Assembly: GCA_036339465.1 (NCBI GenBank)
Contig: JAYZAY010000102.1
Span: 1-58,247 of the forward strand
From: Myxococcota bacterium
Lineage (GTDB): Bacteria; Myxococcota; XYA12-FULL-58-9; JABJBS01
Direction: 5' to 3'
Length of the DNA: 58,247 nucleotides
Shown piece by piece: positions 38,615 through 48,403 of the stretch. Position 1 is the stretch's first letter. Each line of letters opens with the position of its first letter. The notes beneath the pieces are model-generated. The model ran no database searches, was not told the origin of the DNA, and saw nothing but the letters and a program-made list of their open reading frames with translations. A program made the position numbers and the translations under genes.

Positions 38615-39012
38615 TTATTTTCCCATCCACCGCGCCAAAGCCTCCGGAGCATTTCGGCCCGCAACAGCCGCAAAGGCATGGTCACTCCCTGCGGTGGTTC
38701 CCAAAATCCCTGACAACTTTGCGCCGTCGATGGCCGGGACCCACAACGGGTGCGCTACCGCCGCGAGGTTTCTCAGCACAATGGCCAGCCCCACCGAAGC
38801 GACCTGGGCATCCAATATCTCTACGCCCAACGGTAGCGACACCCGAGGAAATGCATAATAGTCCTTTGTTTTTACGATGGATCTGGCCTTCAACTCTCGG
38901 GATACTGTGGCCTGATTAACCCCAAACCCACACTTCGATAGCTTCTCTACAAGCTCCGATTGTGTTCGGCACTCCCCGACTCAATGAACTTATCCAACTG
39001 ATGTCGCCGCAT
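38615..39012 (-). pseudogene. argR: Arginine repressor ArgR with a frameshift (pseudogene or sequencing error)
   Basis: ATG 39012 gives MRRHQLDKFIESG. One extra G in the G4 run (38974-38977) continues ECRTQSELVEKLSKCGFGVNQATVSRELKARSIVK (ArgR winged HTH), then AIDG...ILGTTAGSD (ArgR C-domain). Confidence 0.85.
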
Positions 39013-39014
39013 AT

Positions 39015-39032
39015 TTTACGTTTTTATACATT
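39015..39032 (-). promoter_or_regulatory. ARG-box-like operator immediately upstream of argR
   Basis: Minus strand aaTGTATAAAAACGTAaa matches the core TGnATwwwwATnCA with two mismatches. Confidence 0.4.
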
Positions 39033-39160
39033 GGCAACAAGCCAGCCTCTTTACATCTTGTCATTTTTTGCCCCCGAAGTACGTCTCGGAGGAGAAAGTG
39101 AAAGGGTTCGCCCTGGCCCACGTTGCTCCTCAGACCGAGCTTCGGCATACTGCACAGCAT

Positions 39161-41650
39161 ATGATTTCAGAAAGCAGCCAGGTCATTAGGGCCTTTTTAG
39201 AAGCAGAGGACATCGCACAAACCAGCGATCACCCCTTGTCATCCGCCCATGTGCTTCTCGCACTTTTTACCTTCCCAAAACGCGCGCAATATTTACTCGA
39301 AGAGCGCGATGTCGACGAAGATCGGATATTAGATGCGATCCGTATTTTCGAAGAGGAGCCCAAACGAACCGTCGTGCGAATGCGAGAACGTGGCCGGGGA
39401 ATCGCCCAAGGAGCCGGAGCAAAAGAAGTTGATTGCCTTCACCTGCTCATCGCTATCACCCGGCTAAAAGAATCCTTTGCCTACACACTCTTGGAACGAG
39501 CGGGCCTCCCCATGACGGCTTTACGAAATCAAGCCGTCAGTTATGTGACGGGGGTAATGCCCAGGCGTTATCGAAGCCTTCCAAAGGTTCGAACCGATCC
39601 GCGGATGCTTTTTCAATCGCGAGCCCAAACTCAAAAAACAGAAGTCCAAAAAACAGGGAGTAGTCTCCGAGAGTCTATTCCCAAAGAGTTTATTGAGTCA
39701 GACACTCCACCGTCAAACGCCCCAGAAATCACCGGAGAGGCAATACCGGAAAAGAAGATCACCGTCCCCAAGTCCGCTGCTGCTTCCAAAGATTCCCCAT
39801 TTGATTTACCCAAACAAGCACCGACATTATCAAAATGTGGTGTCAATCTCACCGAACGTGCCCGGCAAGGCGAATTGGACATGGTCGTTGGTCGGGAAAA
39901 CGAACTTGAAGCCCTAGTAGACACCTTGGGTAAACGCCGCTCGAACAATCCTATTCTCGTGGGCCCACCTGGCGTTGGGAAAACGGCAATCGCCGAAGGG
40001 CTTGCAGTAAAAGTGGCTCGAGGCGACGAGGATGTTAACCACTTCTCAAACAAAGTCATCTTCGCTTTAGATACAGGAGCCTTGATCGCCGGGACCAGCC
40101 TTCGGGGAGCCTTTAGCGAACGAATGTCTGAAATTAAGAAGGAGGTCGCTCAAGCCAACGGACGAGTCATCGTCTTCATCGACGAACTCCATACACTGAT
40201 TGGTGCGGGTGGAACCGGCGAAAGTGCTCAAGATGCCGCAAATGAATTGAAGACAGCCTTAGCCAGGGGGGAATTTCCGTGCATCGGTGCTACCACCTTC
40301 GGGGAATACCGAAAGTATATCGAAAAAGACCCCGCCCTAGAAAGGCGGTTCACCCCCATTGAAGTCACTGAGCCCACCGTTGATGAGGCCATTCTCATTC
40401 TAGAAGGCGGCATCACCCCTTATGCTGAGCACCATAGAGTCGACTTCTCCTTGGACGCCGTTCACGCTGCAGTGGGCTTAACCCATCGCTTTGTGACCGA
40501 GCGAAAACTCCCGGACAAGGCCTTTTCCGCCCTGGATCTAGCCGGCTCCCGTGCAAGACGAAGAGGAAAAAACACCGTCGATAGAATTGACGTGGCCCGA
40601 GTGGTTCATGAATGGACTCAAATCCCCCTCGAAAGACTTGCCGAGGTTGATGGCGACCGTTTTGCCCGAGCCGAAGAAATTATCGGCCAACAATTGATAG
40701 GGCACCCCCAAGTCGTAAGATGTGTAGCAGAAGCAATTCGAAGAGGCTTCGCCGGCTTTGGGCATCAAAGGCCCATCGGAAGTTTTCTCTTTCTAGGCCC
40801 CACTGGTGTAGGAAAAACGGAATTGGTGAAGGTCTTAGCCGATTTCTTGTTTGGCAATAAAGAGGCTATCGTTCGCATCGACATGAGTGAAATGACGGAA
40901 GCTCATTCGATCTCGAGACTGATTGGTGCACAACCGGGCTACGTCGGTTACGAAGAAGGGGGTCAACTTACCGAAGCGCTTCGAAAAAGGCCATTTCAGA
41001 TCGTTTTATTCGATGAAATTGAGAAGTCGCATCCGGATATTCTAAACATCCTGCTTCAAATCCTAGACGAAGGCCATCTTACCGACAGCAAAGGGCGAAA
41101 AGTAAGTTTCACCAATACCCTCATTGTCTTAACTTCGAATCTCGGGTCTGAACATTTTAGGCCGAGCCAATTTCGTGCCATCGGCTTTGGTTCTTCCAAC
41201 CACGACCAAGCATCACAAAATCATGCGAAGGATGCGGCCCTTGAAATCGCGCGTGCGAAGCTGAGCCCTGAACTGTGGGGTCGACTTGACCAGCAATTGG
41301 TGTTTGCGCCCTTAACCGAAAAAGAAGTGGCCCAAATTGCCGAACTCCAACTCAAAAGTAGCGCCAAAGTCCTCTATGCTGAACGTGAAATCGCCCTACA
41401 ATGGAGCCCGCAAGTGATTGATTTTCTGCTCGCTCAAGGGGGCTTCAGCCCTGAACAAGGCGCCCGCGGCATGAGGCACGCAATCCAAAAACACGTCGAA
41501 GCGCCTCTGGCTTCGGCAATTTTGACCGGCAACATCAATTTCGGAGATATTGTGCATCTCACATGCCCCACCGAAAGCCTGGCGCTGGTTATTCAAGCTC
41601 AAAGACCTCAATTGCCAGTAGAGCCCACACAAAATACCGCGCCCCTCTAA
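39161..41650 (+). CDS. ATP-dependent Clp protease ATP-binding subunit (ClpA/ClpC family, no long middle coiled coil)
   Basis: Clp N repeats; GPPGVGKT/IDELH and GPTGVGKT/FDEIEK AAA+ modules; PGYVGYEEGG; IGF ClpP-binding loop. Start at ATG 39161. Confidence 0.93.
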   Translation: MISESSQVIRAFLEAEDIAQTSDHPLSSAHVLLALFTFPKRAQYLLEERDVDEDRILDAIRIFEEEPKRTVVRMRERGRGIAQGAGAKEVDCLHLLIAITRLKESFAYTLLERAGLPMTALRNQAVSYVTGVMPRRYRSLPKVRTDPRMLFQSRAQTQKTEVQKTGSSLRESIPKEFIESDTPPSNAPEITGEAIPEKKITVPKSAAASKDSPFDLPKQAPTLSKCGVNLTERARQGELDMVVGRENELEALVDTLGKRRSNNPILVGPPGVGKTAIAEGLAVKVARGDEDVNHFSNKVIFALDTGALIAGTSLRGAFSERMSEIKKEVAQANGRVIVFIDELHTLIGAGGTGESAQDAANELKTALARGEFPCIGATTFGEYRKYIEKDPALERRFTPIEVTEPTVDEAILILEGGITPYAEHHRVDFSLDAVHAAVGLTHRFVTERKLPDKAFSALDLAGSRARRRGKNTVDRIDVARVVHEWTQIPLERLAEVDGDRFARAEEIIGQQLIGHPQVVRCVAEAIRRGFAGFGHQRPIGSFLFLGPTGVGKTELVKVLADFLFGNKEAIVRIDMSEMTEAHSISRLIGAQPGYVGYEEGGQLTEALRKRPFQIVLFDEIEKSHPDILNILLQILDEGHLTDSKGRKVSFTNTLIVLTSNLGSEHFRPSQFRAIGFGSSNHDQASQNHAKDAALEIARAKLSPELWGRLDQQLVFAPLTEKEVAQIAELQLKSSAKVLYAEREIALQWSPQVIDFLLAQGGFSPEQGARGMRHAIQKHVEAPLASAILTGNINFGDIVHLTCPTESLALVIQAQRPQLPVEPTQNTAPL

Positions 41651-41668
41651 GACCATTTGAATTCATCC

Positions 41669-42541
41669 ATGGAAACCAACAAGACCATCCGTGTAAGTAT
41701 ATTAGGAACGGGGCCCACTGGACTTGGTCTGGCCTTGGCTCTAAAAGAAGCTCCGGGAATTCAAATTCAACTCTTGGGCCGACAAGAAAAAGATTTTCCC
41801 AAACACGAGCTCAAGTGCCTGCAAGCAATCTCTGACGTTGGAAGACAAGCCCTGGCTCAAAGTGACATCATTGTGATGGCTGTCCCTGACAACTATATTG
41901 CAAGCTATTCTATGGAGGTTCTCCGGGACTTGGAGTTTCATTCCCCATCGGTACTCTGCCATCTCTCAGGTTGCTTGCCCTCCAATATACTACCAACAAA
42001 GACCAACATCTACCGGGCGAGTATTCATCCGCTTTGTGCCCTACCTTCAGCCGAAACAGCTCAAAAACGACTTAAGGAATCCTTCTACACCATTGAAGGC
42101 GATGTCGAATCCCACCCATTGCTGCAGAGGATTCTCTGTCAATTAAGCAACCGTTTTGCGTTCATTCCCACAACGTCGAAGTATCTGTACCACGGCTGTG
42201 CGGTCATGGTTTCTAATTTGATACTGGGTTTATTTCATGGCATTCGGCAAGAGCTTAAAACAGGGGAAATGGAAGACATTCTGCCCCATATGCTCAAGTT
42301 GGCTCAAAATAACCTTGAAAATGCTGAAAAACTGGGGCTTGGAGAAGCACTTACCGGTCCACTCATGCGTGGCGACACACTCACCCTCAACCGGAATATA
42401 AATGCCTTCGATTCAGAAAAGATGCAGGCACTCTACATCACATTGTCAAAATACACCCTATCTCTCGCCTCAGAAACCTACCCCAAGAGAAATAGTACCT
42501 TTGAAAAAATTGAGGCACTGCTTTACCAAAACGAACCCTAG
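41669..42541 (+). CDS. Rossmann-like + DUF2520 oxidoreductase
   Basis: ILGTGPTG, AVPD, HLSG, IHPL, YHGCAVMVSN and LTGPLMRGD motifs. Confidence 0.85.
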   Translation: METNKTIRVSILGTGPTGLGLALALKEAPGIQIQLLGRQEKDFPKHELKCLQAISDVGRQALAQSDIIVMAVPDNYIASYSMEVLRDLEFHSPSVLCHLSGCLPSNILPTKTNIYRASIHPLCALPSAETAQKRLKESFYTIEGDVESHPLLQRILCQLSNRFAFIPTTSKYLYHGCAVMVSNLILGLFHGIRQELKTGEMEDILPHMLKLAQNNLENAEKLGLGEALTGPLMRGDTLTLNRNINAFDSEKMQALYITLSKYTLSLASETYPKRNSTFEKIEALLYQNEP

Positions 42542-42606
42542 GATCTCTTCTCACAATTTCATGGAGATAAGAACGCCACAACCACGATCTCCAACATGAA
42601 TTTGGC

Positions 42607-42633
42607 CCACCGACACCACCGACACCACCGACA
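42607..42633. repeat. 9-bp tandem repeat (CCACCGACA)x3
   Basis: Three exact copies in the convergent intergenic region. Confidence 0.85.
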
Positions 42634-42735
42634 ACGGGGGGCATTCTTTAGTCGAATCAAAATGAGATTGACCTGAAATTGATTTTATCCGAGATGTTCG
42701 GGCTTACTAACTTCGTTCCATGTCAATGGAACAAA

Positions 42736-43851
42736 CTATTTTCGTTTGGTTCCAATACTGAATCCCGTCATAATTTCATCTGTAGATTCCAACACCAGGC
42801 AGGTGGACGTATCCGCTTTAGCATCAACCACAAGTAAGGTCGCCACGCTCTTTTGGGCTGCCCGGGGCGATAAATCACTATCCCCTTCTCTATAAACAGA
42901 TAGGCGATGTCCCTGTTGCAACCCACTCTCCAAACCTTTGTCAACAAAAAGCAACTGGCCTGGATATGCCAATTGTGTTCCAGCACGCCCTAAAGCGACC
43001 ACCACACCATCCACATTCATTGCAGACTCAATTGGGTAGACAGTCACGTAAGGAGTTCTTAGCAATGGTGTCAAAAACTGCCCAATTTCCATTTCAGCCA
43101 CGGCATGGAGAACACGGGCATGGGCCAGCTGCTCTCCTGGCGCGGTCGATTCGATTTGAATCAATCCAGTTACTTGGGTCACATAACCCACAAAATCGCC
43201 ATTTGTTGGGTGTTTGACCTTTTGTGAAGTCTGGTAGGTCATAAAACGGTCGCCCCTTTTGTGCATCTCTGCATCAGACAGCTTAATCATCACCGAATCG
43301 CCCCGTGCCAAAAGCAACCGACCATTAGAGTGGGCTTCCAACTGCCCAATCTCCTGCAATTCCTTTTCAGTAAGCTGGAGGTTTAAAAAGACCCGGTGAG
43401 ACTGTTCATCCAGAGCTTTGCGCCGAACGATGGGCGCACTAATGGTTTCGATAGCAGGATAGGATGCCCCCATACCCGGCTTACTCTCTTCAACGGATGT
43501 CGTGACCTGAAGGCCTGCAATACCCACGTCGGCCAGACTTGGATAATTCATAGGCTGCCGATAAAAGCGAATTACATTGCCCGGAAAAATCCAATGTGGG
43601 TTTCCTATTTCAAGATTGAGGCTCCACACCTTCGGCCATAGCTCAGGTCGGCCAAGTACCTTCTCAGAGATATCCCAAAGAGTATCACCCTGACGAACTT
43701 CATATTCATCGATACTCGCACTCGCTCCATCGAAAAGCCCCAGAGCAACATCCTCCTTATTGGTATTCTGAGCCACACCTTCATTCACCGCATAAGCGGT
43801 TACAAAAGCCAATAGTAAGGAAACACTACCCCCTTTCCAAAACATCTTCAC
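42736..43851 (-). CDS. LysM peptidoglycan-binding protein, TsaP-like
   Basis: Signal peptide; YEVRQGDTLWDIS...WPKVWSLN..IGNPHWIFPG LysM; beta-rich C-domain with VDKG..SGL..G. Confidence 0.8.
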   Translation of the reverse strand: MKMFWKGGSVSLLLAFVTAYAVNEGVAQNTNKEDVALGLFDGASASIDEYEVRQGDTLWDISEKVLGRPELWPKVWSLNLEIGNPHWIFPGNVIRFYRQPMNYPSLADVGIAGLQVTTSVEESKPGMGASYPAIETISAPIVRRKALDEQSHRVFLNLQLTEKELQEIGQLEAHSNGRLLLARGDSVMIKLSDAEMHKRGDRFMTYQTSQKVKHPTNGDFVGYVTQVTGLIQIESTAPGEQLAHARVLHAVAEMEIGQFLTPLLRTPYVTVYPIESAMNVDGVVVALGRAGTQLAYPGQLLFVDKGLESGLQQGHRLSVYREGDSDLSPRAAQKSVATLLVVDAKADTSTCLVLESTDEIMTGFSIGTKRK

Positions 43852-44690
43852 GGAACGCTCCCCCCTTTATCACCGGACACCAAATGACGCTGGGCTATCT
43901 TGGCATAGGCTGAATTCGGAAAACGAATCACGAGATCCCGATAAATTTCTTGAGCTTTGTCAGGCCGCGACACCCGATGATAGATACCTGCCAACTTAAG
44001 CAAGGCATCTGCTTTCTTCGGAGCTTTGGGATATTTCGCTAGCATCGTCTCGTATTTCGCCAATGCCTTACCATTTTCTTTCAATTCCGAATAGCTCTCC
44101 GCCAACCAATAATAGACGTTGGATAAATTACCTGATTCAGGAAAGCCCTCAATAAGGGCCTCTAAAAGCTTCGCCGCTGCCCCAAATTCACCACTCCGAT
44201 AATGAACAAGGGCCCGCCCGAACGCCTGTTTTTCCAGGGGCGATAAAACTGGTTTCTCTGCATGTTCGGCGGCTCCCATATTCGGAGGTGGGGGAGTTAC
44301 CACCACTGCTAACTTCGTTGCCCGTGCATTCTCCGCAACCGCGTCGTACGCTTTACGGAGGGGGGCCTTGCTACCATCAATCCGAATCACAATGGGCGCT
44401 GAAGGGGAGGCCTGGCTCAGAATCTGGGGACTCAAGCCCGGGGGAACAAGGGTTTGTACTTCAAGGTGATTTGGAACAACCACTCCCTCAAAATCCACCG
44501 CACCCATGCTCGCCCTAAGGATGGTCAGGTCGTTTTTCATATTCTCGATTTCAATGGACTGATTGGCCATAAATTTTTGCAGTTTAGCCACTTCTGTCCG
44601 CATATCCTTTAACAAAACATCGCGACCACTATTGGTGGCACAGCCACCCAACAACGCCAGTGCCAGCATGAATCCTATGAGTTTAAGCAC
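43848..44690 (-). CDS. cpoB: Tol-Pal-associated CpoB/YbgF-like TPR lipoprotein
   Basis: Lipobox LGGC; N-terminal coiled coil; NVYYWLAESY, KADALLK and FPNSAYA TPR motifs. Confidence 0.75.
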   Translation of the reverse strand: MLKLIGFMLALALLGGCATNSGRDVLLKDMRTEVAKLQKFMANQSIEIENMKNDLTILRASMGAVDFEGVVVPNHLEVQTLVPPGLSPQILSQASPSAPIVIRIDGSKAPLRKAYDAVAENARATKLAVVVTPPPPNMGAAEHAEKPVLSPLEKQAFGRALVHYRSGEFGAAAKLLEALIEGFPESGNLSNVYYWLAESYSELKENGKALAKYETMLAKYPKAPKKADALLKLAGIYHRVSRPDKAQEIYRDLVIRFPNSAYAKIAQRHLVSGDKGGSVP

Positions 44691-44762
44691 ATCCCCACCT
44701 TAAAGAAATGAATCTAGGAGCATTTGACCAAGTCTACAGAGATGATCAAGAAATCGGCGAAG

Positions 44763-45569
44763 TTAGCCACCAGAAACAATCAAAGCAGCTTGGCGACCTG
44801 TGGAGGCACCATCCCGTCGATAGGAGAAAAAGCGATGATCCTCATAGGTGCATATGCCGAGGAGATCGATATGTTCTAACAAAACCCCCGCAGCCACGAG
44901 GTCGGCCTCGTTGAGTCGCCACAAATCCACGAAATAGCGCCCATCGCGCACTAAGAATGCTGAATCTACCTCTGGATAGGCCTTCGACAAGCTCTGCCAT
45001 GTATCGAGTCCCACTTCGAAAGATTCAGGACCAATCGCAGGACCAATCGCAACGCGCAATTGAGCCGGTTCACACCCCAACTGCCCCATACGCTCAACCA
45101 TCCGCCTGGCGATATGCAGCTCTGTGCCTCGCCAGCCCCCATGAACTGCGCCCACCAGCCCATTGTCGGCACCAAATAGGATGGGTACACAGTCGGCCGT
45201 TAAAATAGCCAAAGCTGCTTGGGGATCCCTAGAAATCATCCCATCCGCTTCAATGGAAGCGCCAACCCTCTGGGTTACTTGGACAATGTGGTCTCCATGC
45301 ACCTGTTTCAAGCTTAGAAATCGACTTTGCTCCGCCCCAATGCTCTGCAAAATTTTCTCCCGGTTAAGCCGAACATTTTCCAATGAATCGCCCACCGCAA
45401 GTGACGTGTTCAATGAAGCGCAGGCACCGTCAGAAACGCCGCCTTGTGCCCCAAAAAAACCATGTTTAATCTCGATTTCTCGTAATAACTTCGACTCTAG
45501 CGGAAAATCGTCTGGGGAATTTTCCATTGCGGCTACATCTTCAGAAGGCATTGTAACGCTCCTAAGCAC
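44763..45569 (-). CDS. pgeF: Peptidoglycan editing factor PgeF/YfiH (DUF152)
   Basis: QVHG, ADG, TADCVP, HGGWRG, IGPAIGP and FFSYRR motifs. Confidence 0.92.
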   Translation of the reverse strand: MLRSVTMPSEDVAAMENSPDDFPLESKLLREIEIKHGFFGAQGGVSDGACASLNTSLAVGDSLENVRLNREKILQSIGAEQSRFLSLKQVHGDHIVQVTQRVGASIEADGMISRDPQAALAILTADCVPILFGADNGLVGAVHGGWRGTELHIARRMVERMGQLGCEPAQLRVAIGPAIGPESFEVGLDTWQSLSKAYPEVDSAFLVRDGRYFVDLWRLNEADLVAAGVLLEHIDLLGICTYEDHRFFSYRRDGASTGRQAALIVSGG

Positions 45570-45591
45570 ACGGAACCAACCACCGCAAAAA

Positions 45592-46482
45592 TCATCCCAA
45601 TGTTTTTCCTTGTCTCTGTTTCCTTAACAGAATAGTACCCAGCCGCTGCCCCATCCGAACTGAATTACCGACCGTAACCTCCGCAAAGCTGACCCGTTCT
45701 TCTTCAAAAATCAATACCACCGTGGAGCCCAGAGTGAAGGCCCCAAGCTCACCACCTTTCTGAAGTAAATGTGCTGGGTCATACTTTTTAGAAATCGTTG
45801 ACTGCCCGGGACAATTCGTAATTAAGCTCTCGTCATAGGCCGCGACCATGCGTCCCACAAGCGTCGCTCCCACCATCACCACCCCCACTCTTCCCACGTC
45901 GCTACTATCGATATAGGTGATAAGTCTTTCGTTACGGGCAAAGAGCTCTTCCACTTTCTCAACGGCCTCGGGGAACACTGGCATCAGGGCTCCTGGAATC
46001 AAAACAGACTCGGAGACAACGCCAGAAACAGGTGAGTGGACCCGGTGATAGTCACATGGTGCCAAATAAATGGTCAGAAATTTGCCACCCTGAAAGTTCT
46101 GGTCATGCTCGTCGCAGCCCAAAAGCCTCGACAAACTATATCGGCGCCCCTTCGCTTGAATGAGCGTGCCTGAATCGATGTCACCAAAAGCGCCGATCCG
46201 CCCATCCACTGGGCTGCCAAGCGCTGTTGGGTCGGGCTCTACCCGACGTGCCCCCGGCTTCAATCGACGAATAAAAAGTTCCTGTAACGAATCGAAATCA
46301 CGAATATCATCCAAGGATTCGGACATATCGATCCCTGCAAACATCACGAAAGCCCTTTTGAGCAGGGCCACCCCAGGTTTTGGGTGTCTCCGCTGAGCAA
46401 GCCAACCCCACATCCTTGAAATCGTGGCCTGGGGAAGTCTTTCAACTATATCTACAACGTATTCTCGCTTCATAGGGAACAT
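45592..46482 (-). CDS. psd: Phosphatidylserine decarboxylase proenzyme
   Basis: SPVDG, QAKG, YLAPCDYHRVHSP, FARNER and the LGSTV self-cleavage motif. Confidence 0.92.
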   Translation of the reverse strand: MFPMKREYVVDIVERLPQATISRMWGWLAQRRHPKPGVALLKRAFVMFAGIDMSESLDDIRDFDSLQELFIRRLKPGARRVEPDPTALGSPVDGRIGAFGDIDSGTLIQAKGRRYSLSRLLGCDEHDQNFQGGKFLTIYLAPCDYHRVHSPVSGVVSESVLIPGALMPVFPEAVEKVEELFARNERLITYIDSSDVGRVGVVMVGATLVGRMVAAYDESLITNCPGQSTISKKYDPAHLLQKGGELGAFTLGSTVVLIFEEERVSFAEVTVGNSVRMGQRLGTILLRKQRQGKTLG

Positions 46483-46523
46483 TAAACATTTATAATGGAA
46501 GATTAAAAGGAGAGAACAACCTT

Positions 46524-47033
46524 TCAATCAACGACATGGAGGTGTGCCCTTAAGCGCTCTACTGTTTTCGGACCAATTCCAGAAATGTCCTCAAGGTCCT
46601 CGATGGTCTTGAAAGGGCCATTTTCTCTACGGTGCGCAACAATAGCCTGGGCACGGGTTTTTCCAATTCCAGAAAGCAGTTCCAAAGCAGAAACTTCGGC
46701 GAGATTCAAATCCATGGAAAGCCCTAATAGAAAGCGCCATGCCGACGGCATCTGAGAAGACCGGTCCCTGACACACTCGCCCCAAAAATTGATCTTCGCC
46801 GACCCCCCATGGCCCAGCTGACCGCACTGCGATGGGAAGGCCGAGACACAACGTAATTCAGGAGTTTTACCTCGCTCCAAGAGAGCAGCGTAAGCAGAAC
46901 ATCGTGCGTTAAAGCCAACGCCACCCATAGAATCTGGCCTAAGAATTGTGAAAGTCATCCATAGAGAAACAAATACCCCTGTAATAATAGCACCTTGAAG
47001 TATTAGCGGTAAGTCTGATGGCCGGGGTCTCAA
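46524..47033 (-). CDS. comEA: ComEA-type helix-hairpin-helix DNA-binding protein
   Basis: N-terminal TM; MDLNLA...LSGIGKTRAQAIVAHRRENGPF..IEDL..ISGIGPKT. Start uncertain (TTG 47033 chosen to avoid overlapping lysC). Confidence 0.8.
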   Translation of the reverse strand: MRPRPSDLPLILQGAIITGVFVSLWMTFTILRPDSMGGVGFNARCSAYAALLERGKTPELRCVSAFPSQCGQLGHGGSAKINFWGECVRDRSSQMPSAWRFLLGLSMDLNLAEVSALELLSGIGKTRAQAIVAHRRENGPFKTIEDLEDISGIGPKTVERLRAHLHVVD

Positions 47034-47055
47034 AGTATCTCGAAGCGCGGAGAGT

Positions 47056-48282
47056 TTACTTCGCTGGCCCTTCCAATGCAAAATCGTCGTGTAACGCCTG
47101 GACCGCACTTTCAACATCCTCCCGAGAAATAACACAGGTAACCTTTATTTCACTGGTGGTAATCATTTGGATATTTATATTTGCTTTTTGTAGAGCGCGA
47201 AACATGGCCGCAGCCACACCCGCGTGGGCTCTCATCCCCACTCCAACAATCGAAACCTTGGCAATCGAATCATCTTTTTCCCAACGATCTGCGCCTATTT
47301 CAGGGCCAATTTTTTCCACCAATCGAAATGCCTCATCTAAGTCGGCCCGTCCCACGGTAAATGAAACATCGGTCGTTCCATCCTCCGATTGATTTTGGAC
47401 AATCACATCCACGTTAATGCCTGCTTCTGCTAAACAAGAAAAAATATCTGCAACGATACCTGGTCTATCGGGAACGCGACGCAAAGTTAGTTTCGCCTCA
47501 TTGCTATTGTGAGACACGCCACGTACCACCAACTTCTCGATGGCTTGTTCTTCACTCGTCACCAAGGTGCCGGGATCATCGGTAAAAGTAGAACGAACAC
47601 GAATGGGTATATTATGATTCATTGCCAACTCCACACTGCGGATCTGCAGCACTTTTGAGCCCTGAGACGCCATTTCCATCATTTCTTCAAATGAGATTAC
47701 ATCTAATTTACGAGCTCTGGGACAAATTCTAGGATCTGCGGTAAAAACCCCTTCAACATCTGTATATATCTCACACTCATTTGCCCCGAGCCCCGCAGCT
47801 AAAGCAACAGCACTCGTATCTGAACCACCACGACCTAAAGTTGTGATGTTGCCTTCAGCATCAATACCTTGAAAACCGGTCGCAACCACCACTTTCGCTT
47901 CCTTGAGGAGAAACTGGATTGCATCTTCATTGACACTTAGAATTCGAGCCCTTGAAAATGACCCGTCGGTTCTCATTTGCATCTGGGTGCCTGTCAGCGA
48001 ACACGCCTGCACACCTCGTTCTAGAAGCGCCATAGCCAACAGTGCCGCGGAGGCTTGTTCTCCCGTCGCTAAGAGTTGGTCCATTTCACGACTCGATGGT
48101 TTATCCGAAACCTCATGGGCCAAACCTAAGAGGCGATCTGTTTCGCCTTGCATAGCAGAAACGACCACGACCAAAGACACCCCAGAATTCTTCTTTCTCT
48201 TGGCGATCCGATCCGCCACAAGACCAATGCGATCGGGTGTGCCCACCGAGCTTCCACCAAACTTTTGGACAATGAGAGTCAT
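47056..48282 (-). CDS. lysC: Aspartate kinase
   Basis: VQKFGGSSV, TTLGRGGSDTSA, TDVEGVFTADPR and two ACT domains. Confidence 0.97.
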   Translation of the reverse strand: MTLIVQKFGGSSVGTPDRIGLVADRIAKRKKNSGVSLVVVVSAMQGETDRLLGLAHEVSDKPSSREMDQLLATGEQASAALLAMALLERGVQACSLTGTQMQMRTDGSFSRARILSVNEDAIQFLLKEAKVVVATGFQGIDAEGNITTLGRGGSDTSAVALAAGLGANECEIYTDVEGVFTADPRICPRARKLDVISFEEMMEMASQGSKVLQIRSVELAMNHNIPIRVRSTFTDDPGTLVTSEEQAIEKLVVRGVSHNSNEAKLTLRRVPDRPGIVADIFSCLAEAGINVDVIVQNQSEDGTTDVSFTVGRADLDEAFRLVEKIGPEIGADRWEKDDSIAKVSIVGVGMRAHAGVAAAMFRALQKANINIQMITTSEIKVTCVISREDVESAVQALHDDFALEGPAK

Positions 48283-48403
48283 AGAGGCTTCATTGCTCTT
48301 TTGATTTAGGAATTCAAGTCCTTACGAACTCGATTCGGTAAAGCGCCAAAACGTTTTACCCTGACAAAATTTGGTTCAATTTGAGGGCCAAAAGATTGAG
48401 CCC

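Noticed and set aside
38981..38983. Selenocysteine or readthrough TGA in argR
   Set aside because: The same frame has a TAA three codons upstream and no start codon; a single-base indel explains the data better.
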